A DNA stretch of 64,000 nt from Candidatus Poribacteria bacterium. GTDB lineage: Bacteria; Poribacteria; WGA-4E; WGA-3G. The notes under the pieces are model-generated. The model saw nothing but the letters and a program-made list of their open reading frames with translations. It had not been told where the DNA came from and did no database searches. Position numbers and translations under genes: made by a program. The stretch spans positions 608,001 through 672,000 of the forward strand of contig OZ242029.1 in NCBI GenBank assembly GCA_965205015.1, read 5' to 3'. This document shows positions 49,412 through 58,159 of this stretch, in pieces (position 1 is the first letter of the stretch; every line of letters starts with the position of its first letter).

Positions 49412-50837
49412 CTCACCGATGTTCTTAAAGCATGGTAAGCGTATTTTTCCATTTGTTGTCTGTCTCGTATTCGGCTATATCATCGGTGGTTACTCGGATA
49501 CGCCGCTCCCACTTCTGAGTTTACTGGCTGTAACGTGTGCTTTCGTCTTTTTAGGCATGGAGCTTGCAGTCTATCTGCTGTTAATCGCGCTCCCCTTTTC
49601 ATTTCGCTATATTCTCCCAGGCCGCTTCGAGATTCAAACACCGACAGAACCCCTCTTAGGGATGCTCGTCGCCGTTTATTGCGCGCGGCGAATCCTCGAT
49701 TGGGTGATCCGGTCAGGAATCGGAGTTCCCTCCTACGGGGACAAACCGAAAAATACCTTCCCGTTTTTTCTCCCACTTTGCCTCTACATCTTTGTTACCT
49801 TCCTGTCTGTAATCAACACCCCCGATCTTTTTGGCACACTGAAAGGGGCACTCCGAGCGACAGTCTACATGCTGTTTAGCGTGATTGTGCACGCCGTCAT
49901 CCAAAACAGGACTTCTCTGAAACGGCTTTTTATTGCCAGTTTTCCATCCGCTGCGGTTGCTGTCATTTGGACAGTTATTGTTCTGATTTATCACATAGAT
50001 GCGTGGCAGTGGACGAGCGCGTATCGGCGCGCGCCGTTTACGAACTATTCTGTTTACGGCGCGTTTACGGCACTCTTCTTCCTCGTCTGCCTGAGTCGTC
50101 TCCTCTTTGACAATAGTGGGTACGATCGTGTGCGCTGGACAGCATGGTTCTTATGCTTCGGCGTGGGGCTCCTCATGTGCTTTTCACGTGGGGTCTGGCT
50201 ATCGGTCATCGTTGCGATCGGTTTCATGCTGCTGCAACTCGGAAAAGGCGTTACGCATAAAAAGATTGTGTTTATCGGCACTGCGTGCCTTCTCTTATTG
50301 ATATGTCTGAATTTGCCGGGCATCTACAACATTCTCGTTGAACGTATTACATCCGCGATCGATCTTAGTTACGCTTCAAACCGAGCGCGCTTGTTACGAT
50401 GGGGACAGGCATTCGTGATGTTCTCTGAAAGTCCTATTTTGGGGAAGGGGTACGGTGCATTTGCGATGTTGTATGAGGAGGATGTCGCACTCGTTGGAAG
50501 TTATACGGCGCAGTACCAACTCGGTGCACACAGTGAATACCTTCAAGTAATGGCGGAATTGGGAATCGTTGGATTAGGGATATGGGTATGGCTGAATTTT
50601 GCCTTTCTACGCTACGGGTTTCGTGCCCTCCAAACGTTAGAAGACGGCTTTTACCGTGCCATGGTCATTGGATTAATGGCGGCAGAAATCTCATTGATGG
50701 TGCATTTCACAGTGAACAACCTATTGAACGGTGATGCCATTGGAGTCCCTTTCTGGGGTATCTATGGACTATTGCCGGCTGTCGTGCAAATGGCGAATCG
50801 CGAAAAGACTATACGCGAAACCGGACCAAGATTTTAG
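49404..50837 (+). CDS. O-antigen ligase family protein
   Basis: Many TM segments; SRGVW, R...W, P.LG.GYG.F, AHSEYLQVMAELG. Confidence 0.88.
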   Translation: MAISPMFLKHGKRIFPFVVCLVFGYIIGGYSDTPLPLLSLLAVTCAFVFLGMELAVYLLLIALPFSFRYILPGRFEIQTPTEPLLGMLVAVYCARRILDWVIRSGIGVPSYGDKPKNTFPFFLPLCLYIFVTFLSVINTPDLFGTLKGALRATVYMLFSVIVHAVIQNRTSLKRLFIASFPSAAVAVIWTVIVLIYHIDAWQWTSAYRRAPFTNYSVYGAFTALFFLVCLSRLLFDNSGYDRVRWTAWFLCFGVGLLMCFSRGVWLSVIVAIGFMLLQLGKGVTHKKIVFIGTACLLLLICLNLPGIYNILVERITSAIDLSYASNRARLLRWGQAFVMFSESPILGKGYGAFAMLYEEDVALVGSYTAQYQLGAHSEYLQVMAELGIVGLGIWVWLNFAFLRYGFRALQTLEDGFYRAMVIGLMAAEISLMVHFTVNNLLNGDAIGVPFWGIYGLLPAVVQMANREKTIRETGPRF

Positions 50838-50843
50838 TGATTT

Positions 50844-50920
50844 TTGTGATTTACTATGATAGAATGAGAAGATATCCAATAATCATGGTAGATCTGCCTT
50901 CTTATATTGCTGGCACATCA
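50844..50920. repeat. Dispersed repeat shared with 55146-55221
   Basis: TGTGAT.TAC.ATGATAGAATGA...CCAATAATCA.GGTA.ATCTGCC..CTTATAT.GCTG.CACATCA in both places. Confidence 0.8.
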
Positions 50921-50937
50921 GTCTTTTGTAGACTTTT

Positions 50938-52311
50938 ATGGAGAAATTAACGATGAATATTATCCACATTATTTCAGATACATTTCGACGCGATAACCTC
51001 GCTATCTATGGCGGAAAAGGATACACGCCATCCCTGAATGCCTTCGCGGAAAAATGTGTCGTTTTTGACAAAGCGTATGTCTGTGGTTTTCCGACTGTTC
51101 CGATTCGTGGCGAACTCGTGACAGGACAAGTCAGTATCTGTCGAAGGGGGTGGGAACCTCTCAAACGAGATGTCTCCGTCATCGCTGATGACTTAACGAA
51201 CGCTGGGATTGTGAGTATGATGATTGCGGATACACCGCATCATATCAACAACGGTTTCTTTTACAACCGTGGATTCACCGGATGGAAGTGGATTCGCGGG
51301 CAAGAGGGTGATCATTTAGAGACGCAGCCCTACGATTATGAATCGAAAAAATCGTTGCAGTATCGTGAGTACACACGAACACACCCGAACAAATTGCCCG
51401 GTGGACTCGGCAACCATCTGAGAAATATGGCGTTCCGGCAGACCGAGGCGGACACTTACGTTGCGCAGACTATGCAGACGGCTTGCGACTGGTTGGAACG
51501 TAACCATCAGCACGAAAATTTCTACCTGATGGTGGACACCTTCGACCCACATGAACCGTGGGATGCCCCCGAATGGTATCTAAAGCGTTTCGATGCAAGC
51601 GATTACGATGGACCGGAACCGATCTATCCCCCCTACGGTCCCAATCCGATGAATGAACGCGAGACAGAACGTCTCAACGCCCTCTACCGTGCGGAAGCCT
51701 CACTGGTTGACAATTGGATCGGGCAACTCCTGCGAAAAATCGACTATATGGGCTTGATGGAAAACACAATGGTGATCTTCATGGCGGATCACGGTTTCCT
51801 ACTGGGCGAACACGGACTCCTCGCGAAGAACCTCAGCATGTATGAAGAGGTTATCCATATCCCACTCATGGTTTATCACCCAGAGGCGACACCCCGTCAC
51901 ACCAATGCGCTCGCCAGCATTATTGATATTCCGCCTACCGTTATTGATGTGTTCGATGTGGAACACGAGGCGCAAGTGGAAGGTAACAGTCTACTGCCGG
52001 TTATCATGGGAGATACGGATACAGGACGCGAGTATACCGTTACGCACGGCGCATGGGTCGGGGGCTGGAGTCCTGATGGTGGCAGCCCGCATGGGAGCAT
52101 CACGGATGGCACATGGTCTCTGCTTTTAGAGAACCAAGGCGCGCCGAAGCAAATCTTCCATTTACCCTCTGATCCGGAACAGATGAATAATCGGTTTGAA
52201 TCGGAGACATCAGAGGCGCGGCGACTCTACCAAGCATTTTTGGACTTCTTAGGGCAGCACGGTGCCCCCGACGCAATGGTGACGGAATTCCAGAGTCGGT
52301 GGCAAGATTGA
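50938..52311 (+). CDS. Sulfatase-like hydrolase (alkaline phosphatase superfamily)
   Basis: NII.IISDTFRRD, TP.L, FDPHEPW, ADHG, IPL; the signature reads TVPIR. Confidence 0.88.
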   Translation: MEKLTMNIIHIISDTFRRDNLAIYGGKGYTPSLNAFAEKCVVFDKAYVCGFPTVPIRGELVTGQVSICRRGWEPLKRDVSVIADDLTNAGIVSMMIADTPHHINNGFFYNRGFTGWKWIRGQEGDHLETQPYDYESKKSLQYREYTRTHPNKLPGGLGNHLRNMAFRQTEADTYVAQTMQTACDWLERNHQHENFYLMVDTFDPHEPWDAPEWYLKRFDASDYDGPEPIYPPYGPNPMNERETERLNALYRAEASLVDNWIGQLLRKIDYMGLMENTMVIFMADHGFLLGEHGLLAKNLSMYEEVIHIPLMVYHPEATPRHTNALASIIDIPPTVIDVFDVEHEAQVEGNSLLPVIMGDTDTGREYTVTHGAWVGGWSPDGGSPHGSITDGTWSLLLENQGAPKQIFHLPSDPEQMNNRFESETSEARRLYQAFLDFLGQHGAPDAMVTEFQSRWQD

Positions 52312-52325
52312 TTTCTGTTAAAATA

Positions 52326-53330
52326 CTACCTCCAGTCCATAATGACGCCTAAGTATTCATCTTTGCGATCCGTCAATCCATCGTAGGCAGATTGTGCATC
52401 TTCCGGGTCAATCACGTGGGTCAGTAATTCTTCTACCTTGAACTTGCCCTCACATATCAGTGAATACACCAAGCGCGAGTTGCGTTCGAGTGAATGTTTG
52501 GATTCGCCAGAGTGCATCGTCGGATAGACCCACTCATGCGCACTTCTGAGCGTAATCGCGCCTAAGCCGATACTGTGGCTGTAGTTCAGGATCGCCGTTG
52601 CATTCGTGACGTATTCACCGCGCGGCGAACCCAATAAGATGACCTCTCCCTGTCTGCCGGTCAACTGATATGCTGTTTCAACGAGTCGTGGGTTTCCGAT
52701 CGCCTCAACGGTGACTGCCGCTTTCTCGCCGTTTGTCAAATCTATAACCCGTTCCAGCGCATCTTCCTCGTCTGGATTAATCAGGTGCTGGATCCCGCAC
52801 TGCCGGGCGATTTCAAGTCGGCGCGGCACCCGCTCAATACTGATGACTTTCATGCCTGCCAAGTTAAAGAGTTGTGATGCGGAGTTGCCGACCAACCCCA
52901 AACCGATAACCGCAACGGTATCCCCGAATTCGGCAGAAGATACCCGCAGGGAGGTCATGGCGACGGTTGCCATTCGGACGAACGGGACCAGTTTCTCGTC
53001 TATCTCTAAAGGGGGTTTGAACGCTAAAAGGACCGCCTCCGTTTTGGCGATAGAGGCGTGTGGACCATAGCAGAAGGCGAGGTCTCCGACGGCACATTTG
53101 GTCACGTTTTCACCGACTTTGAGGACCTCACCGATCGCCGTATAGCCAGAGCCGTGCGGGAACTGTGTCCCGCTTTCGAGTCCAGTATACCCTGCGCCTT
53201 CGGTGCCGGGACTAATCAAACTATAGCGCGTTTTTAACAGAATTTGGTTCGGCGTGAGTGTCTCGTCAAGCTCGAAATCCTCCAACGTCGCTGAGCGTTT
53301 CGCTGGCATCACAATCCGTTTGCCTTTCAT
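52326..53330 (-). CDS. MDR-family (zinc-type) alcohol dehydrogenase
   Basis: SLISPGTE, GY..IGEV, VIGLGLVG. Confidence 0.85.
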   Translation of the reverse strand: MKGKRIVMPAKRSATLEDFELDETLTPNQILLKTRYSLISPGTEGAGYTGLESGTQFPHGSGYTAIGEVLKVGENVTKCAVGDLAFCYGPHASIAKTEAVLLAFKPPLEIDEKLVPFVRMATVAMTSLRVSSAEFGDTVAVIGLGLVGNSASQLFNLAGMKVISIERVPRRLEIARQCGIQHLINPDEEDALERVIDLTNGEKAAVTVEAIGNPRLVETAYQLTGRQGEVILLGSPRGEYVTNATAILNYSHSIGLGAITLRSAHEWVYPTMHSGESKHSLERNSRLVYSLICEGKFKVEELLTHVIDPEDAQSAYDGLTDRKDEYLGVIMDWR

Positions 53331-53405
53331 TTCGTTATGCTCCTTGTTGAATTTTCTCTATTATGGTATCATATCTGCTAAACTTTAAGAAGGAGAAACT
53401 TCCTT

Positions 53406-54287
53406 ATGAGACTCACGCAAGAACAGTGCGAAACCTTCGAAACACAAGGCGTGCTCATCGTCAAAAACGCCTTGACTGACGAAGACCTACAGCCAGTAAT
53501 TGATGAGATTTCGGACTGGATTTCAGAACGCGCCCTTGCCTTAAAACAGGAAGGTAAAATCGAAGACCTGTATGAAGACGAACCCTTCGATAAACGGTTT
53601 GGTAAGCTGCTGGCACAGTCCAGCGAGATGGTCGGTGGCTTGGACATCATGCATTATCGCGGCAAAGCCATCTTTGAATTCCTGAAGAACGACCACCTTT
53701 TAGATGTTGTTGAAGGAATTGTGGGTCCCGAAATTACGTGCAACCCGATTCAGCATCTACGTGCAAAACCGCCCGTTATCGACGGGAACGCGAGTTGGGC
53801 AGGCGGTGTGCCGTGGCATCAGGATGCCGGCGTCATGATGCCGGAAGCAGAAGGGTCCACTATCGTTACATGCTGGCTCCCATTGGGTGATAGCACAGTA
53901 GAGATGGGGTGCCTTCAGGCATTACCGGGTATTACCGAGGAAAAGGGGTATCTGGTCCATCAGAAAGAGGGTGGGACGATGATCAAACCGGAGTTAATGC
54001 CGGATGTCGAACCGCTTATGCTGGAATGCTACCGCGGCGATATTATCTTACTGAGCCGTTTCACACCACATCGTTCGGAACCGAACACGTCTGACCGATG
54101 CCGCTGGTCATTGGATTTGCGCTATCAGACGACAGGGCAGCACACTGGACGGACAGCGCATCCCGACTTCATTGTGCGGAGTCGCAAGAATCCTGAAACT
54201 GTCCTCTCTGAACACCAAGCGTGGTGTGATATGTGGATAGATGCCTTTGAAAATCCGAGAGGTTTCGCAGGACATAGGTCGGTATAG
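53406..54287 (+). CDS. PhyH family dioxygenase
   Basis: PWHQD, WLPL, GCL..LPG, HRS.PN.S...RWSLDLRY. Confidence 0.9.
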   Translation: MRLTQEQCETFETQGVLIVKNALTDEDLQPVIDEISDWISERALALKQEGKIEDLYEDEPFDKRFGKLLAQSSEMVGGLDIMHYRGKAIFEFLKNDHLLDVVEGIVGPEITCNPIQHLRAKPPVIDGNASWAGGVPWHQDAGVMMPEAEGSTIVTCWLPLGDSTVEMGCLQALPGITEEKGYLVHQKEGGTMIKPELMPDVEPLMLECYRGDIILLSRFTPHRSEPNTSDRCRWSLDLRYQTTGQHTGRTAHPDFIVRSRKNPETVLSEHQAWCDMWIDAFENPRGFAGHRSV

Positions 54288-54454
54288 CCGTCAGCAGCCG
54301 GCAGTCGGTTCTCGGTTAAGAGGGGTCATCTAACAAAGGGTTCCTCTTGAGATAGCATCAAAACCCGTAGCCCGTAATGGAATGGAGGGCGGATTTGGGG
54401 AACGCACGTAAAAGTCGAAACGTCCGTTGTTTCTCCGCAAGGTCAATTAAAAAG

Positions 54455-55150
54455 ATGGAAGCGATTATTTTGTGTGGTGGTCTTGCCACGCGGCTCGGTG
54501 AAACAGCGAAAACACTTCCGAAGATTCTGCTGGAGATCGCTGGGAAAACAGTATTGGAATGGCAAATCCAATTGTTGAGAGATGTAGGTGTTACGACGGT
54601 CATCCTCGCCTCGGGACACCTTCACGATGTGCTTTATGAGCGCGTAGGAGACGCTTACGCTGGGATGTGCATCCGTTATGCCAAAGAGGAAAAGCGGCTC
54701 GGTACTGGCGGCGCGATTCAGAATGCGATGCAGCAGATTGATACATCACCTTTTTTTGTCCTAAATGGCGACATTTTGCTCGCCAACTTTTCGCTGCGGG
54801 ACATGTTGGTTCGATTTGACCAAGGAATGGCAGGCGTGCTGTTAAGCGTTCATGTCCCCGACACCCGTCCCTACGGCGAAATTGTATCGGACAGTGAGGG
54901 AAAAATTCAGGCATTCCGTGAGAAACAACCCATCTGCCGTGCGGGCTACGTCAACGGCGCGATATATCTTTTTGATCGAAGCATTGCTGAGGCGTTTCCA
55001 AACGATCAAGAGAATTTCTCTATGGAGCGAGACGTTTTTCCGTTCGTTTCTAATCTCTATACGTTACGAACGGACGCAGACTGGATCGACATCGGTGTTC
55101 CAGAGCGGTTAGCTTACGCGAGAGAGTATTTTCGACCAGGATCTCTGTGA
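54455..55150 (+). CDS. NDP-sugar pyrophosphorylase / nucleotidyltransferase family
   Basis: MEAIILCGGLATRL...PK, LGTGGAI, LNGD, WIDIG.PE. The upstream in-frame ATG lies inside a repeat. Confidence 0.9.
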   Translation: MEAIILCGGLATRLGETAKTLPKILLEIAGKTVLEWQIQLLRDVGVTTVILASGHLHDVLYERVGDAYAGMCIRYAKEEKRLGTGGAIQNAMQQIDTSPFFVLNGDILLANFSLRDMLVRFDQGMAGVLLSVHVPDTRPYGEIVSDSEGKIQAFREKQPICRAGYVNGAIYLFDRSIAEAFPNDQENFSMERDVFPFVSNLYTLRTDADWIDIGVPERLAYAREYFRPGSL

Positions 55151-55218
55151 TGTACCATGATAGAATGATTAACTCCCCAATAATCACGGTAAATCTGCCC
55201 TCTTATATCGCTGACACA

Positions 55219-56211
55219 TCAATCATAGTTCAGACTTTTCTCTTCCGTCCGCAACACGACATAACTCCGATACCGTTCGGCATGTATTTCCCCGGCTTTA
55301 ACGGCATTCTGAACAGCACAATCAGGTTCCGCCACATGGGCACAATCGTTGTATTTGCATGTCCCGAGGTAAGGTTCCATTTCTGGGAAATAGTATTCTA
55401 AATTCTCCGTATCTACACCCCACAACCCAACTTCCCGTATCCCAGGTGTATCGGCGACCTCACCGCCGATGTCTAAAGGAAAGAGTTCAACAAGTGTCGT
55501 CGTATGGCGTCCCTTCTGCGTTCTGATACCGACTTCACCCGTGCGCAAGTCTAAACTGGGTTGGAGTGCATTCAGTAGGCTGGATTTGCCGACCCCAGAC
55601 GCGCCAACAATGACACTCAATTTATCCTTTAGCGTGTTTCGGAGCGCGTCGAGACTCTCAGGAACATTGATGCTGGTATAGATGACCCGGTACCCCAATT
55701 TTTCATAAACAGCAAAGATCTCTGTGAGTTCTGTCCGTTGGGCTTCATCCACTAAGTCCATCTTGTTGAGACATACCACCGCCTCCATGTCCCCTGCCTC
55801 CGCCAAGATAAGAAACCTATCCAGCGTCCGAAAATTAAGGGGCGGCATAAGCGTCGCGACGACAGCTACGATTTGATGTGCATTCGCAACGATAACCTGT
55901 TCAATGTCCCCATGTTTTCCGGCGTATTGCCGCGAAAACTTTGTCTGGCGAGGCAGAACATCCTCGACCACTCCCTCCTCCATATCAAGTTGCGTGAAGA
56001 TGACCCAATCGCCGACAGCAACTGGGTCGGCATAGAGTCTGCGTCCGGTTTCAGAGCGGTGTCTCCGTTTGAGTGTGCCGCGGAGTGTGCATCGCAGGAT
56101 AATATCATCGTGTTGGACATCGTAAAACCCTGTCCGCGCCCGGATAACTTTGCCTTGTTCGCGTGTAAGGATAAACGCCACCTCCCAAAAGAGGCTGTAG
56201 GGAAACCACAA
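55219..56211 (-). CDS. rsgA: Ribosome small subunit-dependent GTPase A
   Basis: NKMD, GASGVGKSS, GRHTTT, DTPG, C.YNDC.H..EPDC. Start codon uncertain. Confidence 0.95.
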   Translation of the reverse strand: MWFPYSLFWEVAFILTREQGKVIRARTGFYDVQHDDIILRCTLRGTLKRRHRSETGRRLYADPVAVGDWVIFTQLDMEEGVVEDVLPRQTKFSRQYAGKHGDIEQVIVANAHQIVAVVATLMPPLNFRTLDRFLILAEAGDMEAVVCLNKMDLVDEAQRTELTEIFAVYEKLGYRVIYTSINVPESLDALRNTLKDKLSVIVGASGVGKSSLLNALQPSLDLRTGEVGIRTQKGRHTTTLVELFPLDIGGEVADTPGIREVGLWGVDTENLEYYFPEMEPYLGTCKYNDCAHVAEPDCAVQNAVKAGEIHAERYRSYVVLRTEEKSLNYD

Positions 56212-56236
56212 GGGACCGCCTCTACATTAAAATCTG

Positions 56237-57004
56237 TCAGATATACGTTTTCATGGTTTCCAAAGCCACTTCAACATCCTCGTCAAAATTGTCAAACTTG
56301 CACTCACACGAGACGCGCCCGTCATAGCCTGCTTTTTGGAGTGCCGTGAAGAAATCTGTGAAATCGAAATCATCGTTTCCGGGATAGGAACGCTTGACAG
56401 GTTCGGCAATGTGAACATGCGCGAGCCATTCCGCAGCGTCAATGGTGTTTTGCATCGGTTCTTCTTCCTGATAGATGTGATAGAGATCCGCCAACGCTTT
56501 GATACCCGGACGATTCACGCGTTTTGCCATAGCGAGTCCATCTGCGACAGTCCGAAGAATGTTTCCCTCGCGCCAGCAAATTGGCTCGATGACGATCGTC
56601 ATATTGTAAGCTTCGGCATGATCCGCCGCCATATCAAGGAACTCAGCGATTTGCGCCAATGCCCATTCGCGCGAATAACCTTCCTCTATACTCCGGGAAC
56701 CGCTGCTGCCGTAGACGATAATCTCACCGCCAACTTCATTGCCCCTACGACATGCAGTCTCTACATACCGAGATAAACGTGGCAAATCAACAACATCCCC
56801 CACGACCCGCAAGTCACCGGGAATAAACCCCGAGTACGACTCCGGCTTTAACGGGGCCTTCGCTACCTGTTCACGAATTTTCTGGAATTCAGTCTCATCC
56901 GCCTCAGGCATCAACCCCGGACGTACACCTAATTCAATGTAGTCATATCCGACTTCTGCCAGCCGATTGACATTCTCTAAACCTGTACAAACCCCAAATC
57001 TCAT
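56237..57004 (-). CDS. Sugar phosphate isomerase/epimerase (TIM barrel)
   Basis: GYDYIE, IEP, DLYH, HVHIAE...R.YPG, GYDG.VS.E. Confidence 0.88.
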   Translation of the reverse strand: MRFGVCTGLENVNRLAEVGYDYIELGVRPGLMPEADETEFQKIREQVAKAPLKPESYSGFIPGDLRVVGDVVDLPRLSRYVETACRRGNEVGGEIIVYGSSGSRSIEEGYSREWALAQIAEFLDMAADHAEAYNMTIVIEPICWREGNILRTVADGLAMAKRVNRPGIKALADLYHIYQEEEPMQNTIDAAEWLAHVHIAEPVKRSYPGNDDFDFTDFFTALQKAGYDGRVSCECKFDNFDEDVEVALETMKTYI

Positions 57005-57018
57005 CCGTTGGCTCCTTC

Positions 57019-57822
57019 TTATTTTCCAAATCGTCGTTTTCGTTGGCTATAAGCCCGCAAAGCACGGAGAAAGTCAATTTTTCGAAACGAGGGCCAATAC
57101 GTATCACAGAAATAGAATTCCGAGTAAACGCTCTGCCAAAGTAAAAACCCCGATAACCGCACCTCACCGCTGGTGCGAATGATTAACTCAGGATCAGGCA
57201 GGTTTGACGTGTAAAGATAGGGTGCAATTTTATCCACTGTAAGTTCGTCTGCGATCTGGTGGATAGGTTTACCCCTCTCACTTTCGGCTTTGAGGTGCCC
57301 CCGAAATGCTTCAATAATCTCCTCTCGCCCACCATAAGCGACAGCGACATTTAAGATAAACTTATCGTAATGTTTCGTTGCTTCTTCTGCCTCCCGAATT
57401 GCTTCTTGCAGACTACTTGGTAACAACTCTATCTGCCCCATGGCACGTACTCTGATCTGGTTCGTATGGAGCCCTTCAATTGTGACGAGCTCCCGCATTT
57501 TCCTTTCAATCAGCCCCAGAATCCCTTCAACTTCGTGTGCCGCACGTTTGAAATTATCAAGCGAGAAAATCCAGATTGAGAAAATGTCAACGCCGAGTTC
57601 GTCACACCAATGGAGTACCTCTTCAAGTTTGTTCGCCCCTTCATGATGCCCTTCAATGACATCTTCAAGTCCACTGGCTTTCGCATAGCGACGATTTCCA
57701 TCTAAAATTACACCGATATGGCGTGGGATCTTCCATGCCTTGGCTTCGGATTCCAAACGCCTTTGATAAGCATTGTAAAAAAATCTTTCAACTCGATTTT
57801 TAATAGAGTGGAATGGCTTCAT
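57019..57822 (-). CDS. uppS: cis-Isoprenyl transferase (undecaprenyl diphosphate synthase family)
   Basis: HIGVILDGNRR, FSLDNFKR, YGGREEI, IRTSGEVRLSGFLLWQ. Could be a short-chain Z-prenyltransferase paralog. Confidence 0.88.
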   Translation of the reverse strand: MKPFHSIKNRVERFFYNAYQRRLESEAKAWKIPRHIGVILDGNRRYAKASGLEDVIEGHHEGANKLEEVLHWCDELGVDIFSIWIFSLDNFKRAAHEVEGILGLIERKMRELVTIEGLHTNQIRVRAMGQIELLPSSLQEAIREAEEATKHYDKFILNVAVAYGGREEIIEAFRGHLKAESERGKPIHQIADELTVDKIAPYLYTSNLPDPELIIRTSGEVRLSGFLLWQSVYSEFYFCDTYWPSFRKIDFLRALRAYSQRKRRFGK

Positions 57823-58159
57823 ATGTACATCCTAAGTTGTTACAGATGCAATGTAGGCACAACTTGTAGGTCTCCCATATTGCGATATTTATTATAACAC
57901 AGAAGGGTTATTTAGAAAAGTCTATTTTATGCCGAAGAAACTCGGTTTTCAGCGACTTCAAAACGATTGATGGATTAAGAAGTATAAGAGGTTTTAAAGT
58001 TGACTTGTTGAAGAAAGTGTGATAAATTTATTTAGAAATGTTCACAGATAGCGGTCGGCGTTTGTAGGGATCGCTAAAATCATACGTATCTATCTACTAT
58101 CAAGTTTGCAGTATATCTATGCGCAAATTCTTAAGCGCTGACGCGCAGCCCGTAACGAA

